Source: Octopus sinensis (taxonomy: Eukaryota). Taken from it: a stretch of DNA of 64,000 nt. The translations under genes and the position numbers were made by a program. Position 1 is the stretch's first letter; every line of letters begins with the position of its first letter. The stretch is from positions 51,584,001-51,648,000 of the forward strand of contig NC_043008.1 of NCBI RefSeq assembly GCF_006345805.1, read 5' to 3'. Below, piece after piece: positions 25,899 to 38,640 of this stretch. A model generated the notes under the pieces. That model saw nothing but the letters and a program-made list of their open reading frames with translations. It searched no databases and was not told where the DNA came from.

Positions 25899-26800
25899 CT
25901 AGAAAGTAATAGAAGGAAAAGTGACATTAATGACAACAAAATTTCAAAGTTAATAAATTTAAAAGATTAATTGTTTCATAAGTGGGGTGGGATTTAAAAT
26001 GAAATTAGTAGAATATGATTGGAAAACATCTTCTCTGCTCTTCCATCATGGGTTTATTATACTTCATTTATAATTTTAGATTTGATTTCAAGAATTTTAT
26101 AAACTTTCAAGGGAATTTGAAATAATGCTTTCTTGGAACAGTAGATCTCAAAGCACACATGTAAAGTTGTAAATAACAGCATGTAAATGTTAGGTTGGAA
26201 ATCCCCTTTTGGATAAAAAAAAACAAATCAGTGAAATGCTGTACATGAGACTCAAACCCACCACCTCTGTAGAGGTGGGTTTGAGTCTACCATTGGACAA
26301 AAGCAATCCTTCAAATTTTTCTATCCATTTTAGAAACTTTTTTCTTACCAGTGAAAACTCTATGTTGTTGATTTCATAAGAATTTTTCCATAAACTTTTG
26401 AGAGAATGTGAATTAATTCTTATTTTCAGAATATCTCAAAGCCTTTGACTATTTCTATCCAAAAGGATTTTCAATGCAATATTTACATGCTAAATTTCTG
26501 AAATGGTTAGATATAAACATGGCTATGCATTGAAAAGTTTGCTTCTTAACCACATGGTTCCCAGTTCATTCCCACTACATGGCACTTTGGGCAAGGGTCT
26601 TCTATTATAGTCCCAGACAGAAACTTATGAAACTTATGAATTTACATCTAATGTAGGATAATTACCTCAATGACCTCCTTAGCCATGATCGGTCCTTCAC
26701 AGCAATCAGCCTCTTGTGTTGAGATACGTGGGCCACCAGTCAGGAAGTCCTGAAGGCCTCACCATGGACCACTGTCTCAGATGAACTACGTACACACACA

Positions 26801-26855
<55 letters not shown>

Positions 26856-27539
26856 CATATTCATTTCTGACATATCACTTCCACAGATGTACCCTGATAC
26901 TATTTCTAGCAACTCAGCAGTTGTCAACATTTGCATGTAGTGAAGAATTATGTGTACCAACAAATTAAGTTCAGTGAATAAATCATTTTAAATATGAATC
27001 GATTCATTCATTTGTTTACTTCAAAGGCATCCACATTCCTATCGCATTTTTTCACCTGATTAGCATTAACCACTACACACACACACACGCACACACACTC
27101 ACACACACACACACGCACACACACACACACTCACACACACACACACACACACAGCACACACTCACACACACACACATATATATGGCAGGACTCCACACAG
27201 TATCCATCTACCAAATTCATTCACAAAGCATGTATTTGTCAGCATGGAGCCTATACTAGTCCAAGGTGCAGTGCAATGGGACTGAATATGATGAAGCAGC
27301 ACTGTCACAAAGAAATCTTCTTAACCACACAGCTACACATGTGCATACAATTACCACAAAATTTTATTCTCTTGCCTCAGTTTAGTAAGAAATTTCATTT
27401 AGTTAAGAATTCCTGTATTACATACATCACCCCTTTATTTTATTCACATTCATACCATCGGTACATTTGAGTCATCTTCCTAAGCACATTTTATAAAATT
27501 TATTTACACAAAATATACTTGCCCAAAATTTTTCGGTAC

Positions 27540-27636
27540 TATTTTTCAATATGTAAAAATCATTGCCAATTGGAGTAACTAAACTATCTTGATGAGGTCC
27601 ATCGAACTGAAACTTATCCATAGTTGTTCCCCTTGT
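27540..27636 (-). CDS. Gene C candidate exon (phase 0->1), TRGTTMDKFQFDGPHQDSLVTPIGNDFYILKN
   Basis: Acceptor cttaatttgcag|, open frame. Ends L-K-N-a|gt like gene A's L-I-N-a|gt and F-L-N-a|gt, but the donor (gtaccg) is weak; an alternative phase-1 donor ends the exon at 27519. Lacks the Cys pair. Confidence 0.45.
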
Positions 27637-28025
27637 CTGCAAATTAAGATCATGCTTTCCTTCTTATAATTTAAAGTTAGCGTTTCTTTATTAATTGTAT
27701 GTTCTGCATTATTTTCATTAAAAAATCCCTTTTCTTCCTTTTGAATAAGGCTGTAGTTGATGGAGCATGACTTTCTTCTCCTCTCAGCAGTTCAGAGGTT
27801 CATTTATAATCTAAGATTATAATGGTTACTCAGAATATTCATGTCACCAACAGTGTAACTTTCAATCATATGTTTACATTTTTTTTGTTTTGTTTTCATG
27901 TTCTCTCATTTTCATTTTATATTCTGTCTTGAACACATTCCCTTATTTCATTTTATATTCTTTGATGTTCCTGTGCTTGTTCTAGTGATTCGACCCTCTG
28001 CTTCTCTTTACACCATTGCCTATAC

Positions 28026-28244
28026 CAGTGCTTTTCAAACTTTTTGCTGGAGCGGAACCCCAAGGAAACATTCCACTGGCTCGAGGAACCCCTGTGCAAT
28101 AATTTAATAGTTTTATGCACACATATCTGCACAGGAGACTTAAAAATTACTACCGACTTTAGTAGTTTTGTAACTTCTTGCAGAACACCTGGACTGTACT
28201 GGCGGAACCCTAAGGTTCCACGGAACCCTGGTTGAAAACCACTG
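28026..28244. mobile_element. hAT-type MITE with perfect 8-bp TSD (GCCTATAC)
   Basis: TIR cagtgcttttcaaac / gttgaaaaccactg. gcctatac at 28018-28025 and 28245-28252. Confidence 0.9.
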
Positions 28245-28769
28245 GCCTATACAATCTCATTCTATCTCTTGTTAACTTAAATTGTCTGTCATTCATTTCT
28301 TATAAACAAATATCATTTTCTAGGTAAGCAGGTGATAAATAATTGTAGTTATATGTATGTGCCATGTGAAGGGTGATATAAAAAAAAACTACCCTTTTCA
28401 CTATCCACTCACCACCGCCGCCACCACCACTGCCACTACTACTACCATCATTATAGTTTTTAGTAATAGAGCTCAGTCTAAGTTGTTTGCCGACCAAAAT
28501 TGAAGATTTCAAGTAATTAAGAATTTTCTGCATTCATCAACCCTAAAAAATTTGTCCAGATTCTTAAACTCTGAGTTTAGCCATTGTAGAAATTATTGTT
28601 TTTATATCCATTTTCATGTGTCAATATTGGTTGGAAAAGTTCTTGAAAATTTCAATAATGACATGTGATTGGCTGGAAATATTGATTTCATAGCTGTTTG
28701 CTTTTCTTAATGCTGACTACGTATCAGTGAATTGAACCACGAAATACAGGATAATGTGTCTTTCCTAGA

Positions 28770-29100
28770 GATTGAATAGAAACAATGTGTGTGTATGTGT
28801 GTGTGTATGAGTATGTTTATGCATGAGTGTGTATATATGTGTGTATGTGCATGTGTGTACATTTGTGTGTGTTTGCATGAGTGTGTGTAAGTGTCTGTGT
28901 GTAAGTGCTTGTGTGTGAGTATGTGTGTACATGTGTGTGTGTGTGTGTATGTGTGTGTACATATATGTGCATGAACGTGTTTTTGTGTGTGTGTGTGCAT
29001 ATGTGTGTCTGTGTATGGGTGTGTCTGTGTCTGTGTATGGGTGTATGTGTATTCACACATGTGTGTGTGTGTGTGTACATGTTTGTGTATGAGTGTGAAA
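28770..29100. repeat. Degenerate (GT)n/(ATGT)n microsatellite
   Basis: Direct reading. Confidence 0.9.
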
Positions 29101-29337
29101 AATATTCCTTAAGGAGTTTAAAAGAGAAAGGAAAGCAAAAAAGAAAAGAATAAGGAAGAGTTCTAAAGCAAAAATCTTACATTTTTCTAATTTCTGCTTC
29201 TTAGAACAACTTGATGAGCATCTGAGAAAATACATTTCTGGAATATCGTGATTTTGAACATATGCCTAAAATAGAATAATTCAACAAAATTAATAACAGT
29301 GTAGTATTTTAAATGGTTTGACGACGACGACGACGAC

Positions 29338-29373
<36 letters not shown>

Positions 29374-29542
29374 AGTGACCATCACCATCACCATCACCAT
29401 CATCATTATTATCATGCTGTTGATGACAATGAGGATAAAACTGTTTCTCAGCCAAAAATTGTTTGAATTAATCTACACATGCATGTGCAGACAAATGTAT
29501 ATATATACACATGTACATGTGTATACATATACGTATAGATGT

Positions 29543-29577
<35 letters not shown>

Positions 29578-29589
29578 TATAATAATGAT

Positions 29590-29790
29590 CAAGGTGACAG
29601 GCAGATGCACACAAATGCAAAGTTTTTCGCAGATGAAGAGTGTACACCCCAACATAGGCTACCAGTTAGTGACTTCAGAATTAGGGCTAGAGAGACTCAA
29701 AGACATAAACCACATCGGAAAAGAAGATTATGGAAGCCTCAAAGACCCAGCAAACCAACAAAAATTTAGAGAAAATTTCCAATCCCCTTT
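29590..29790 (+). mobile_element. Short RTE endonuclease-end fragment
   Basis: EECTPQHRLPVSDFRIRA, matching 58980-59030. Confidence 0.65.
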
Positions 29791-30942
29791 CTTGCCCTCA
29801 CTGCTCTGTTCCCTGTATCACTACTTCTCACACCCCTAACACCTATACCCTATTTTTCTATCCAGGTTCTATATTCATATTTTTGTTACTTGTGAGTATA
29901 CCCCAGCACTACACCATCACTCTTCTGCACTCTCTCTTACACTTTTCCTACTCCCTCTCTCTCTCTTTCCCTTTGGTTACTCTCTCTCTTTTCCTTTGGT
30001 TACTCTCTCTCTCTCCTCTTATTTTTCCTCTGACTAGATAACCAAGTATCTCCTTTACATCAGCACATTTGTTTTTGGCCTCTTTCTTGTACCTCTCTCT
30101 CTCACCCACTGTCTCTTTTCTCCCTCTCTCCCTCCCTCTCTCTCCTTCTCTCTCTCTCACTCTGTAACCATTTACCTCCTCTATAACAAGAAATCCTCTC
30201 TGTTTCTCTGTTACACTCTAGCCCTTCATTATCTGATACTGGATCACCTCCTCTAATGTCCCCTCTTTGTAGCAAGACATTTGCTTCTGTCTCTCTGTTT
30301 CTTTGTCACACTCTAGCCTTCCATCCTCTGACACAAGTTCCCCTCCTCAAATGCCCTGCCCATCTCATAATTCCTTGTCTTGTGAGTTACTTGGTTTTAC
30401 TGCCAGTGCTGGTGCTACATTAAAAGCATCCAGTCCACACTACAACATGGCTAGCCTTTGGAAGGGCATCCAAATCATGCTGAAACTAACCTTGCCCGTG
30501 CTAGTGCCACATAAAAAGCACTGCCAAAACAGACACAGTAGCCTAGGGTAGTTTTTCTACCTGGCCAGCTCCCGTTAACCATCCTACTCAAGCATGTATA
30601 GATGGACGTTAAACAATGATGATGACGATGATGATGATGTTTAATGGTGACATGGGTTTGATGGTTTAACTGGATCTAATATGTCCAAGGACTACATTAA
30701 ACTCCAGTGTCCATTTTGACACAGTCTTTCAGGTTGAGTACCTTTCCTAATACCAACCATTTCAAAGCCTGGACTGGGTACTTTGTCCTGCTGTGTATTT
30801 ATATGTGTGTTAAAGATGTACACACACACACACACACATACACAACCACACACACCCACACCCACACACACACATACACACACCCGCACACACATACACA
30901 CACATGCACACACACACACATATACACACACACGCACACATA

Positions 30943-30987
<45 letters not shown>

Positions 30988-31337
30988 CAACAGGCTTATA
31001 TGTATATATATATATATATAACTTCTTTTCAAGCCATCTAACTAATTAATTTAATAATTAATGTTTACAGAAGTTTTTAAACACAAGTGGTAGAAATAAC
31101 AAAAAGGGTCAGAATCCTGTTAGGGGTGAAAATTTTCAAGCTCTTTAGATGCAAATATATATTCAAGTATAAAAAACATATGTCATGTCAATGCAATTAT
31201 TAAATACCAGTTTCACCTTATTTCTCTGAAAACAGCATAATGTTCGATGATACAGGTGTACAAGTATATATGTATGTATATGTGTTTATGTATGTGTATG
31301 TAGGTAGGTGTGTGTATCTTTAATTTAATATAATTAC

Positions 31338-31531
31338 CTTATATTTATATTTCAGATTAACTTTAAAAGAACTGGGCTCTTCTCCACCGTTTAATTCAAA
31401 ATTGGTGTAGAAGCAGTTTTTGTAGCCTTTATATGATATTTCTTTATATTCATAGTTCAAATTACAGTGAACTGAAGAATAGTAAGCCTGAGCAAAACAA
31501 ACTGTTACATCCCATCTTGTGGCCTGGATAT
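31338..31531 (-). CDS. Gene C exon (first-half module; phase 1->0), IQATRWDVTVCFAQ...FKVNLKYKYK
   Basis: Acceptor ttttttcaatctatttccag|, donor aag|gtaatt. 194 bp fully open. T-x-W-x-[ILV]-x-[LV] start as in 4612-4844. Confidence 0.72.
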
Positions 31532-32047
31532 CTGGAAATAGATTGAAAAAAGAAGAAAAAATCTCAATTTATTTTCAAAACACCTTAAACTTTTTATGAT
31601 GTGAATAGTTACATCAAGAAAACTCATATAAAACACTGGAAATGGTGTTTAAAATAACATAAAACCTTAATAATCAGGAAAATTTGAATTCTTTCCACAT
31701 TTTGTCTGAAGAAAATGATTTTTTTTACATTTTCTTTAAGAATCAGACATAAATCTGATTGCATCATTTTCATTTATTTTTTACAAAATCACTTGTATTT
31801 CATGATAGAGTGGTTAATATTAATATTAATATTGATTTCAAATATTAGCACGGGGTCAGCAGTTTCAGGAAAGGGGTTAGTCAATTACATTGATCCCAGT
31901 GTTTAACTGCTACTGATGAACCCTGAAAGGATGAAAGCAAATTTAATATTAATATTAATATTATGTTAATGTTAATATTGTGGAAAGAATTGCTTTATCA
32001 GAAATATTAAATTTCTAAATATCTCATAGAGATATGTACAGTGGTGG

Positions 32048-32367
32048 AGCAATAGAGTGGTTGTATACTGTCAACTTAACGTGACAGTCCTGTACAGGAA
32101 TTACACCACCGCTGTTTAGCCCTAGGAAGCATCGGTGCTTCCTGTCGGCCTTGACACATTTCCTGTGTCCCTATATATTTACGAAGAGGAGACAAATACC
32201 CCTAACATGATGGGAGTATTTGTCTCCCCTTCGTGAATATATAAGGACACAGGAAATGTGTCAAGGCCAACAGGAAGCGTCGATGCTTCCTAGGGCTAAA
32301 CAGCGGTGGTGTAATTCCCTTACAGGACCGTCACGTTAAGTTGACAGTATACAACCACTCAATTGCT
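32048..32367. mobile_element. Foldback/palindromic MITE (~155-bp arms, ~9-nt loop)
   Basis: 32048-32202 is nearly the reverse complement of 32212-32367. Confidence 0.88.
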
Positions 32368-33110
32368 TTATCATTATAGCCAAAATTTTTCTACCACTGT
32401 CCTCTACATTTTAATAGCCATTCCATAGCCATACTAGCATGCAAAAAGAAATGAAAAACAGTATGTAAATCAGAAAACTGACAACAGAAAAATAGACAAT
32501 TTCTTAAATGATATGTCATCATCATCATCGTCATCATCCTTATCTTTATTCCTACCACCACCACATTTACCACTAAAATAAAAACATACACAAATACAAC
32601 CATAAACGCACATAAGTATATACATGCATATACACACAAAAGGTCAACACACACAAATATACATGTATGTAAACATGCATGTACATGTACACATCAACAC
32701 ACATGTACAAAAATACATGCATTCACATGTGTTACTACACATATGTATGTGTGTCTGTGTTTACAGAAACACTGAAATAGCATTAAAAGATATCATGATG
32801 TGTTACAAAGGGCCACAAGTCCTATAAGTCAATAGATCAACCAGGTCCACAGTGATGAGGGATGCACAGTGTACTCATTGAAAAAGCCATAGCCTGTGGT
32901 AAATAGGTGAAATGTTCTGGGAGTGGTGCTAATATAACTAGAAGGTGTAGAAGTCAGATGAAGCCAAGTGTATGGTCGTGTTTGTGTATGCATCTACAGC
33001 TGTATGTGTGTGTACGCTTTTAGTTTTTCTATATTTATTCATTGATCTATTTCATATATTTTTGGATGTGCCTATTGTATTTTATCATCATGATCATCAT
33101 GATCATCATG

Positions 33111-33143
<33 letters not shown>

Positions 33144-33689
33144 GTTTAATGTCCATTTTCCATGCATGGGTAACATGGCTGACAGGACCTAGCCAGGTAG
33201 AAAAAAACTACCCTAGACTACTGTATCTGTTTAGGCTGGGATTTTATGGTTAGATGCCCTTCCTAACACCAACCACTCCACAGAGTGGTCTTAGTACTTT
33301 TTACGTGGCACTAACACAGGCAAGGTTAGATTTGGCATGATTTTTACAGCTGGATGCACTTCCAAATGCCAACCACATTACAGTGTGCATTTGGATGTTT
33401 TTAACATGGCACCAACACTGTGGAAAACGTATATTGTACACTCTGCATTGCCCTGCTAAGGTAGGCTTGTATAAATTAAGGTGGTACTTTGTGTTCTTGA
33501 GCAAAACACTTCATCTGACATTGTTCCGTGATAACTTCAACATCTAACATGTGGTACACAGTGCATCTGTTCTGGGAACGTCAATTTGATGGAGGGAGTG
33601 AGCTAATGTACGGCACCTATATATGATCGTGATAAATAAATCATTTGTGCAGGTTGGCCAATAAGAAATTGCAGAAGCATCTTTCTCGG

Positions 33690-34750
33690 ACTAAGAGAGA
33701 CTATCATCATTCTCACCAGAAAAAGGGATTCATGGTTGCCCTTAAGTGCAAAGGCCTTCCCTGGTGAAGAATGCAACCATCAGCATAGATTAATCATTAG
33801 TGACTTCAAACTGGAGGTATGAAAGAAGCCAAGAAGCAAGTCAGTTTGGAAAAGAAAGATCTGAAAGCTTAAGGATCCTTTGAATAGTCAGAGGTTTAGG
33901 GACTTCCTAACTGAAGCATTTGATGAGAAGGAGGAGGAGTTACAAACTTGCAATATAGAGGATAATTGGAAGTTCCTATGAGACAACTTACAGAGAGCCA
34001 CAGACCAAATCTGTTGGTGGTGTGAAGTCCTTGCTTGACCATGGGTGACATGGTGGTGAAACAGTATAGTTGATGGCCATTAGAGCAAAGAAACACATTT
34101 GGAAGGACTAGAAGGGTGGTGGTTGGAATGAGCTATATCAGACAGCTAGAAGAAAAGCTAGGAAGCAGGGGTGATGCAGAAAGGAAGAAGATTTTGCCCT
34201 TGTTCTACAGTGTGAAGACCAGAGGCTTGAAGTGTTTTTGTTTGCAAGACATCGTGCCAGGGAAAATTGTGATGCTGTGGGAGAGAAGTGTGTTCACGTG
34301 GTTGATGGTTCACTTGCAGTTAGTTATTCTGCAAAGTAAAAGTCTTGGAAGTGCCACAGTGAAAGGCTACTAACTATAGGGAAATCATGGGAGAAGGAGA
34401 GTCTGTCTAATGTTGATCCAACAAAGGGACCAGTAACCCAAATAGATAGTAGCATTGTAGACAAAGCCATGAAGGATATGAAGATGGGGAAAGTCCCCTG
34501 CCCATCAGGAATCATCGCTGAGATGCTTAAAATATCTGGTGGTGTAGGTTATGTATAATTAATCAGATGCTACATGAAGGAGTCAGACCCAATGACAGTC
34601 ATAGTAGCACTACAGTCAATTGCTACAAAGGTAAAGGTGATACCTTAGATATAAATAATTACAGTGGTATCAAAATGTTGAATCAGGTGATGAAAGTTAC
34701 AGAGCAGGTCATAGCCCAACTAATTAGGGAGAGAGTTAGTCTAGATGTGC
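33690..34750 (+). mobile_element. RTE-clade LINE fragment (endonuclease end to RT start)
   Basis: gaagaatgcaaccatcagcataga (EEC..QH) and MKMGKVPCPSGIIAEMLK...CYKGKGDTLDINNYSGIKML segments. Confidence 0.75.
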
Positions 34751-34759
34751 CACTCTGTG

Positions 34760-35290
34760 ATAAATTTAGCTAGATGAGTTACGATGTGATAAACTTGAAT
34801 AAATAAATATGTGACGATTAATGGATGTGCATGAACTTAAGACAACAACGAGGAAGATGAAACTATTGAAACTATGTTTACATGGTAATGAAACAGATAG
34901 AATAATGAAAAGAATTAATAAGGGGTTTATGACCTGCACAGAAATAGAGGAGTAGATGAACGAGGTTGAAAAGACAAAATTTCTTATCTGAGCATCTTCT
35001 GAAATTCGTATTCTTTCAGCGGAGGTATTAAAAAATTGAGTAGGGGAATCCGAGTACATGCGCTAGTTTATATAGGGTGGGGGTGGCGGAAGAGGGGAGT
35101 GACCACGTGTATACTGTTGGCAATTTTTTTTCCTCCATCTTCCCTTCTTTGGATCTTTCCTTTTCCTATGTTTCTGATGAAGAGCTCCCCTCGAAACGTT
35201 AAACCCTCCTTCTTTCCTTCTTTCCTGAGCATCCAATAATACTATACTTGTTCCACGTCCTCGCATTGTTGTGTTTTCATGTTTGGATCA
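34760..35290. mobile_element. Penelope-like element remnant carrying a hammerhead motif
   Basis: Contains the motif at 35170-35204; the minus-strand frame loosely resembles a GIY-YIG C-terminus. Confidence 0.45.
35170..35204 (+). ncRNA. Minimal type-I hammerhead-like motif
   Basis: gttt-CTGATGA-a-gag(ctccc)ctc-GAAA-c-GTT-aaac. Stem I gttt/aaac, palindromic mini stem III. Confidence 0.6.
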
Positions 35291-35928
35291 ACTATATATA
35301 TATATATATATATATATATCGTTTTTAGAAAAACATAAATCCAGAGAAGAAGCACACTATAAAAAGTAGAGCAGTCTATATTTTTCCTGATTGCAGCACA
35401 GTGAATTCTGCAAAATTTCCTCAAGAGCAACGTTATAGCATAAAACCATTTGCTACAATATTTCTCTTAAATAACTTTGATACCTTTGATAGGTTTCGGC
35501 CAGTATGGGCCCAGGCCATGTCTAACGTATGCCTTTGTCTATTACTTTTGAAAATAATGAAGAATTTAGTAAAATAACTGTGTCGTTATTAAGCTGTTAT
35601 TTGGAACATAAATTGACATGAAAGTTTGATGTAAGGTTTCCATTTGGATCATTTTAAAACAGGAAGCTTGTATTATTCAACCAGGTGCAATTTCAGGTAG
35701 TTTAGTATGAAAAAGATTAAACCAAGATCAAGAACAGAAATAGACTCTACAAAATCTCTACATATGAAGTTCCACTCCATAGTTTTTGGTTGATGTGAGA
35801 CTATTGTACAAGACAATAATCCAAGGTGTCATACAATAGAAACTGACCTGGAAACAAACTGCTTGATCGTACACAGCCATACTCAGTGATTTCATAAATA
35901 AATAGTAATAATAACAAATAAAACTTAC

Positions 35929-35983
35929 TTGTAAAATGTGCCAAGGTGAATACTAAAACACTCCAACAGGAAAGAAGTACCAT
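35929..35983 (-). CDS. Gene C first coding exon: signal-peptide-like MVLLSCWSVLVFTLAHFT (ends phase 1)
   Basis: ATG in accaccATGG Kozak context, hydrophobic 18-mer, donor caa|gtaagt. Phase fits exon 31338-31531. Confidence 0.7.
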
Positions 35984-36513
35984 GGTGGTAGATGGAACGA
36001 AGTGGATATTCTTCAGTTACTGATTTTCCTCTTGTTTTGGGGTATTTTTTTGTTTTTTTTAAAGAAATTTTGAAGTTGATTAGAATTTCTATATCAAATG
36101 TTCTTAGAGATGAATATTATTAATTTCTTTACTTCCATGTGTTTAACTGTATTTACAAACTGTAAAGGAGAGAAAAATACGATATAGTCTTTTTTCAGTT
36201 GATATAATACATGATGTTTTATAATTCTCAGTACTTCAAATTACCAAGTGTTTATGTACAAAAGAAACAACAACAGGGTATTGCAAGTTGAAAGGAAAAC
36301 TGATGATTTTGAAGAAATGTTTGTCCAATATTAATGCATCTCAGCTATTGCAATATAACTGGCAGTTATGGTAGAATTATTAATAGCTGGATAATCTATG
36401 TATATACGCAGATGTTTATCCATCAACTTTTTCTATCCTAAGCCAATATTTACACGCTATTGTCTACAATTTTTGTCTCCTCTAAGTTCTACCGTTTCAA
36501 AAAAATAAATATT

Positions 36514-36597
<84 letters not shown>

Positions 36598-36784
36598 TGT
36601 ATGTATGTATGTATGTATGAATGTGGCATGTAAAAGCACCCACTACACTCTTGGAAGGGTATCCAGCTGTAGAAACTCTGCCAGATCAGATTGGAACCTG
36701 ATGCAGCCATCTGGTTCGCCAGTCCTCAGTCAAATCGTCCAACCCATGCTAGCATGGAAAGCAGACGTTAAACGATGATGATGA

Positions 36785-36830
<46 letters not shown>

Positions 36831-37065
36831 CACACACACACCATATATATATATATATATATATATAAGTAGGTGAATGAATTATCCTAGTATGGACAAT
36901 TCGGTTAACCGATGCCCGGGTAGCAAATTCACGTCAGAAAACATGGTTGAAGCTACATGCCAGGGGCAGAAATCACGTGTTTTCGTGTGGAAATCTGTGT
37001 GTTTTTTTAACTATAAATAAGTGAAAGAATGGAGTCGAACGACGATTTTAACAAAATTCTTTTAT

Positions 37066-37146
37066 TCTCGACATATGTTTCGAAGACTGCATATTCTTAA
37101 TTCCGAAGGAATAAAGAGTGCATTATGCTGCCTTCTCATCAGGAAA
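37066..37146 (-). ncRNA. Type-I hammerhead ribozyme with canonical core and GUC triplet
   Basis: tttc-CTGATGA-gaaggcagcata...tatgcagtcttc-GAAA-catat-GTC-gaga. ~12-bp stem II, palindromic stem III (acatatgt), 4-bp stem I. Confidence 0.75.
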
Positions 37147-37436
37147 GACAAGGAACCTATGTCAGCATCATGACGAACAAAAACTTTTAGATGACTTCCC
37201 ACATGGAGTCCACAGTGGTAATGTAGCAAGCGTCCTGGCCTTTGACTCAGCCTGTACAGTGCTGGCATGTATTCATAAGACACATATTAGCATCTGTTGT
37301 AATGACCATGTTACTTAGAAAATTGTCAAAAGGTATTTAAATATTGCATGACATGATTTAAAAAATTTATTTAGAATATATAAATACAGAAAGTAATATA
37401 GATAGAGAAATGTATTGTATGAAAATTATAAAATAT

Positions 37437-38030
37437 TTACAGAACTTCAGTATACACAATATGTTTAATATTTTTCTTTGAAGTATATATGAAGAGTTTG
37501 TGTGGGCTTCCTATTCTGGAACAATCTACATACAATTGACAATGTGAGAAACAACCCTCTTCTTGATGGAGACCAACAACCTGCAGTATTTCACACTGGG
37601 ACTTGTTTATGGTCAATGCATAACTGACTCCCACTGGGAATTGCAATTGTTTGAAATGAAAGGGGACATCTGTTGGTATTAGTGGTATTCTAGGTATAAA
37701 TACAGAGTCTCCCTTACCACATCCAGTGAGGATGTTTGCTTCAATATTTTGAGGCTGTAGTTCAATCACACCCATACATGTACCATTGCATAATCTTGGC
37801 TGATCCAGGTTTCTGAGAAGCATGATGACTGTGCCCTTCTTTAATTCTAGCTTGTGCAGTGAAATACCAGATGGTTTCAGACTGTTGAGGAATTCAACAA
37901 GATAATGAACAGCATCATCCTCACCGACAACTTTGTTGATAGATTCATAGATGTGGCTATCTCCAGGTATCATTTGTAAAAGATTTTTGATGGTGGCATT
38001 TACTGTAATGTTTTTTGGGGCTAGGATCAC
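37437..38030 (-). mobile_element. Helitron RepHel PIF1-like helicase C-terminal fragment
   Basis: EFLNSLKPSG..HKLELKKG..MLLRNL...CNGT, IPRIPL, QFPV..SYALTINKSQ and FSH.QLYV..SR motifs, several of them degenerate. Confidence 0.9.
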
Positions 38031-38224
38031 TCATTCACACAGTCACTCATCGTTGGAATGGTGAATTTGTGAATTTCGAAATTTGGGAACACTTGATGAA
38101 TGATGGTATGAATGCTTTCCACAAATGATGAGGAATCAAAATAGCCTTCAGTCAAGGGATATTTTGCTTTCACCAAGTTTTAGGATGTTTTGAGCTAACT
38201 CTGCAGAAACGTTGTCACTGTAAG

Positions 38225-38640
38225 AAATTTCAGTTCACAAATGAAAATAAGATTAATTGGTATCATAGAACTTGTAAGAGAAGGAATGTTGTTGAAATAG
38301 TAAATGAAATCAAAATGTTTAATATAACACCAAATTTCAGTTCAGAAGATGAAAATACAATAACTCGGAATAGTAATACTTGTAAGGAAAGGTATGTTCA
38401 AATAGTAGATGAAATCGAAATCTGTTATATATCAATAAATTTCAGTTCACAAAACGAAAATACAATTACTTTTAATCGTAATGCATCTAAGAGAATGAAT
38501 GTGGAAATAGTAGATGAAATAAGAATCGTATTTTTTTTATACATCACCAAATTTCACTTCACCAATGGAAAATATGATTACTTTTAATCGTAATACATGT
38601 AAGAGAATGGATGTTCCAATAATAGATCAATGTGAAAGTG
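38225..38640. repeat. ~107-bp degenerate tandem repeat, ~4 copies
   Basis: aaatttca(g/c)ttca starts at 38225, 38332, 38437 and 38549. Confidence 0.75.

Noticed and set aside
26429-26505. Plus-strand exon-like segment (YLKAFDYFYPKGFSMQYLHAKFLK)
   Set aside because: It is isolated, antisense to gene C, and has no partner exons or homology.
28300-28533. 77-aa minus ORF with Gly/Ser run and a gtgagt donor
   Set aside because: No convincing acceptor in frame, and the Gly/Ser run comes from a trinucleotide microsatellite.
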